The translations under genes were made by a program, and so were the position numbers. The notes beneath the pieces were generated by a model. The model was not told where the DNA came from. It made no database searches and worked only from the letters and a program-made list of their open reading frames with translations. A stretch of 64,000 nucleotides of DNA from an uncultured Gemmataceae bacterium (lineage in GTDB: Bacteria; Planctomycetota; Planctomycetia; Gemmatales; Gemmataceae): positions 32,001 through 96,000 of the forward strand of contig CAVVPN010000004.1 in assembly GCA_963750165.1 (NCBI GenBank), given 5' to 3'. Positions 62,703-64,000 of the stretch are shown here, piece by piece (positions within the stretch are counted from its first letter, which is position 1; the number at the start of each line of letters is the position of its first letter).

Positions 62703-63076
62703 GGTACTGTCCCCTCGTTCGATGAACTGTCCCTGACACGCTCCGTCCCCCCGACGTTCGTGGAGCTGACCAGCAAGCGTATCCCGCCGATAAACACCCT
62801 GAGCGCAAAGATACACATCGCTCCCTGACACGCCAGGCCAGCGATGCTAAACGGATTGATCAGGAGGGCGATGAGAACGAACCCAAGGATGGGCAGGGCC
62901 AATCCGGAGAGCACGAACAGGATGCCGCCCCAGACGGGAGTCGGAGGCGAATAGCGCCGGTGGCAAACCTTGCAAACGCGGTCGTCGGCAAAAGCGACGA
63001 ACGACTGAGGCTTCCGCAAGGTGTGCTCCTTGCTGCCGCACTGCGGGCAAACCCTGCTGACCGGGAAATTGGTCAT
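62699..63076 (-). CDS. Zn-ribbon, two-TM membrane protein
   Basis: CPQC...CKVC...YSPPTPVWG followed by two hydrophobic helices. Confidence 0.7.
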   Translation of the reverse strand: MTNFPVSRVCPQCGSKEHTLRKPQSFVAFADDRVCKVCHRRYSPPTPVWGGILFVLSGLALPILGFVLIALLINPFSIAGLACQGAMCIFALRVFIGGIRLLVSSTNVGGTERVRDSSSNEGTVP

Positions 63077-63203
63077 GGGCACAGCTCCACTTCGCCGAAG
63101 TCCAGTTCTGGGCCTTTTTACAGGTGCCGATCAGGTCGGCCCCTACTGGATACAGCCTGCCGCCGTGCCCACGCATACACTTTTTCGGAATTTTTTTTGC
63201 CGC

Positions 63204-64000
63204 TCACCCCGGCCAGCACTGCGAGCCGCCATCGACACGCAGCACCTGGCCGCTGACAAAGCCGCCCGCGTCCGACGCCAGGAACGCCACCGCCGCCGCC
63301 ACCTCCGGTGGCCGGCCGTAGCGCACCAGCGTCCCCTCCTCGACCAGCTTGTCCTGCTCCACGTCGTGGATGACCAGGAAGCGGTTCGTCACGGTGCCGC
63401 CGGGGGCAATGCAGTTGACCGGCACGTTGTACGGCCGCAGTTGCACGGCCAGGCAGCGCGTGTACTCGTGAACGCCCGCCTTGGCCACCGAGTAGATGGC
63501 GCCGTCGTCGCGGCCGAAGCAGCCGGCGATGGAGCCGATGGTGATGATCCTCCCCGATTTCCGCCGCATCATCTCCGGCGCGACCTCGCGGCAACAGAGA
63601 ATGCACGACAGCAGATTGCGGTCGAGCACGGCGCGGATGTCCGCCAGCGGGATGCCGACACAATCGTCCGGGCTGGGCCGGCCGCCGCGGCCGACGCCCG
63701 TGCCGCCCGCGCCGATGTCGCCGCCGGCGTTCGCCACCAGGATGTCAATGCGGCCGAACTGCGCCCGGACCGCGTCGGCCATGCGCTTGACCTCCGCCTC
63801 GTCCATGACATCGCCCCAGACCGGCATCGTCACGCCGCCGGCCGCGCGGGCCACATCGGCCGCCACCTGCTCCATCGTGTCGCCCTCGCCGAAGGACCGC
63901 GGCGAGTCGAAGCGCGTGCCGTGGAGCGCCACCCGGGCGCCCAGCGTACACAGCTTCGCCGCGATCACCCGGCCCAGGCCGCGCGACGACCCCGTCACCC
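63204..64000 (-). CDS. SDR family oxidoreductase (5'-partial at window edge)
   Basis: VTGSSRGLG, DILVANAG, YSVAK, VNCIAPG, GQVLRVDGG. Confidence 0.92.
   Translation of the reverse strand, partial: VTGSSRGLGRVIAAKLCTLGARVALHGTRFDSPRSFGEGDTMEQVAADVARAAGGVTMPVWGDVMDEAEVKRMADAVRAQFGRIDILVANAGGDIGAGGTGVGRGGRPSPDDCVGIPLADIRAVLDRNLLSCILCCREVAPEMMRRKSGRIITIGSIAGCFGRDDGAIYSVAKAGVHEYTRCLAVQLRPYNVPVNCIAPGGTVTNRFLVIHDVEQDKLVEEGTLVRYGRPPEVAAAVAFLASDAGGFVSGQVLRVDGGSQCWPG

Overview
A high-GC, gene-dense bacterial chromosomal segment. The gene repertoire points to a planctomycete of Gemmataceae type (inference): ECF sigma factors with long C-terminal extensions, WD40 proteins, Zn-ribbon membrane proteins, SgcJ/EcaC-like and DUF1573 proteins, and many REP-like palindromes. 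Recognisable housekeeping or metabolic genes are a DegT aminotransferase, an XPB helicase cluster, SulP, a stand-alone EF-G, a PLP decarboxylase, phhA, hppD, purF, mqnE, clpC and copA. About 18 reading-frame breaks fall in otherwise intact genes, most likely assembly indels. The most unusual feature is at 56.8-62.3 kb: two tandem paralogues, each an ECF sigma factor followed by one transmembrane helix and both periplasmic loops of an AcrB/RND pump, with the pump's other transmembrane helices absent. This is a candidate one-component transmembrane sensor built from an efflux-pump binding domain. Other notable items are a tandem double MoxR-type AAA+ ATPase with a HEXXH-peptidase/vWA partner, an orphan FGE/CLec C-terminus resembling a DGR variable region, a leaderless three-gene ParB-like operon, an FHA/coiled-coil/pseudokinase protein, a decarboxylase-phhA-hppD cluster and several decayed toxin-antitoxin-like modules. 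No rRNA, tRNA, CRISPR array or intact transposase was recognised. All family assignments come from motif recognition, not database searches.
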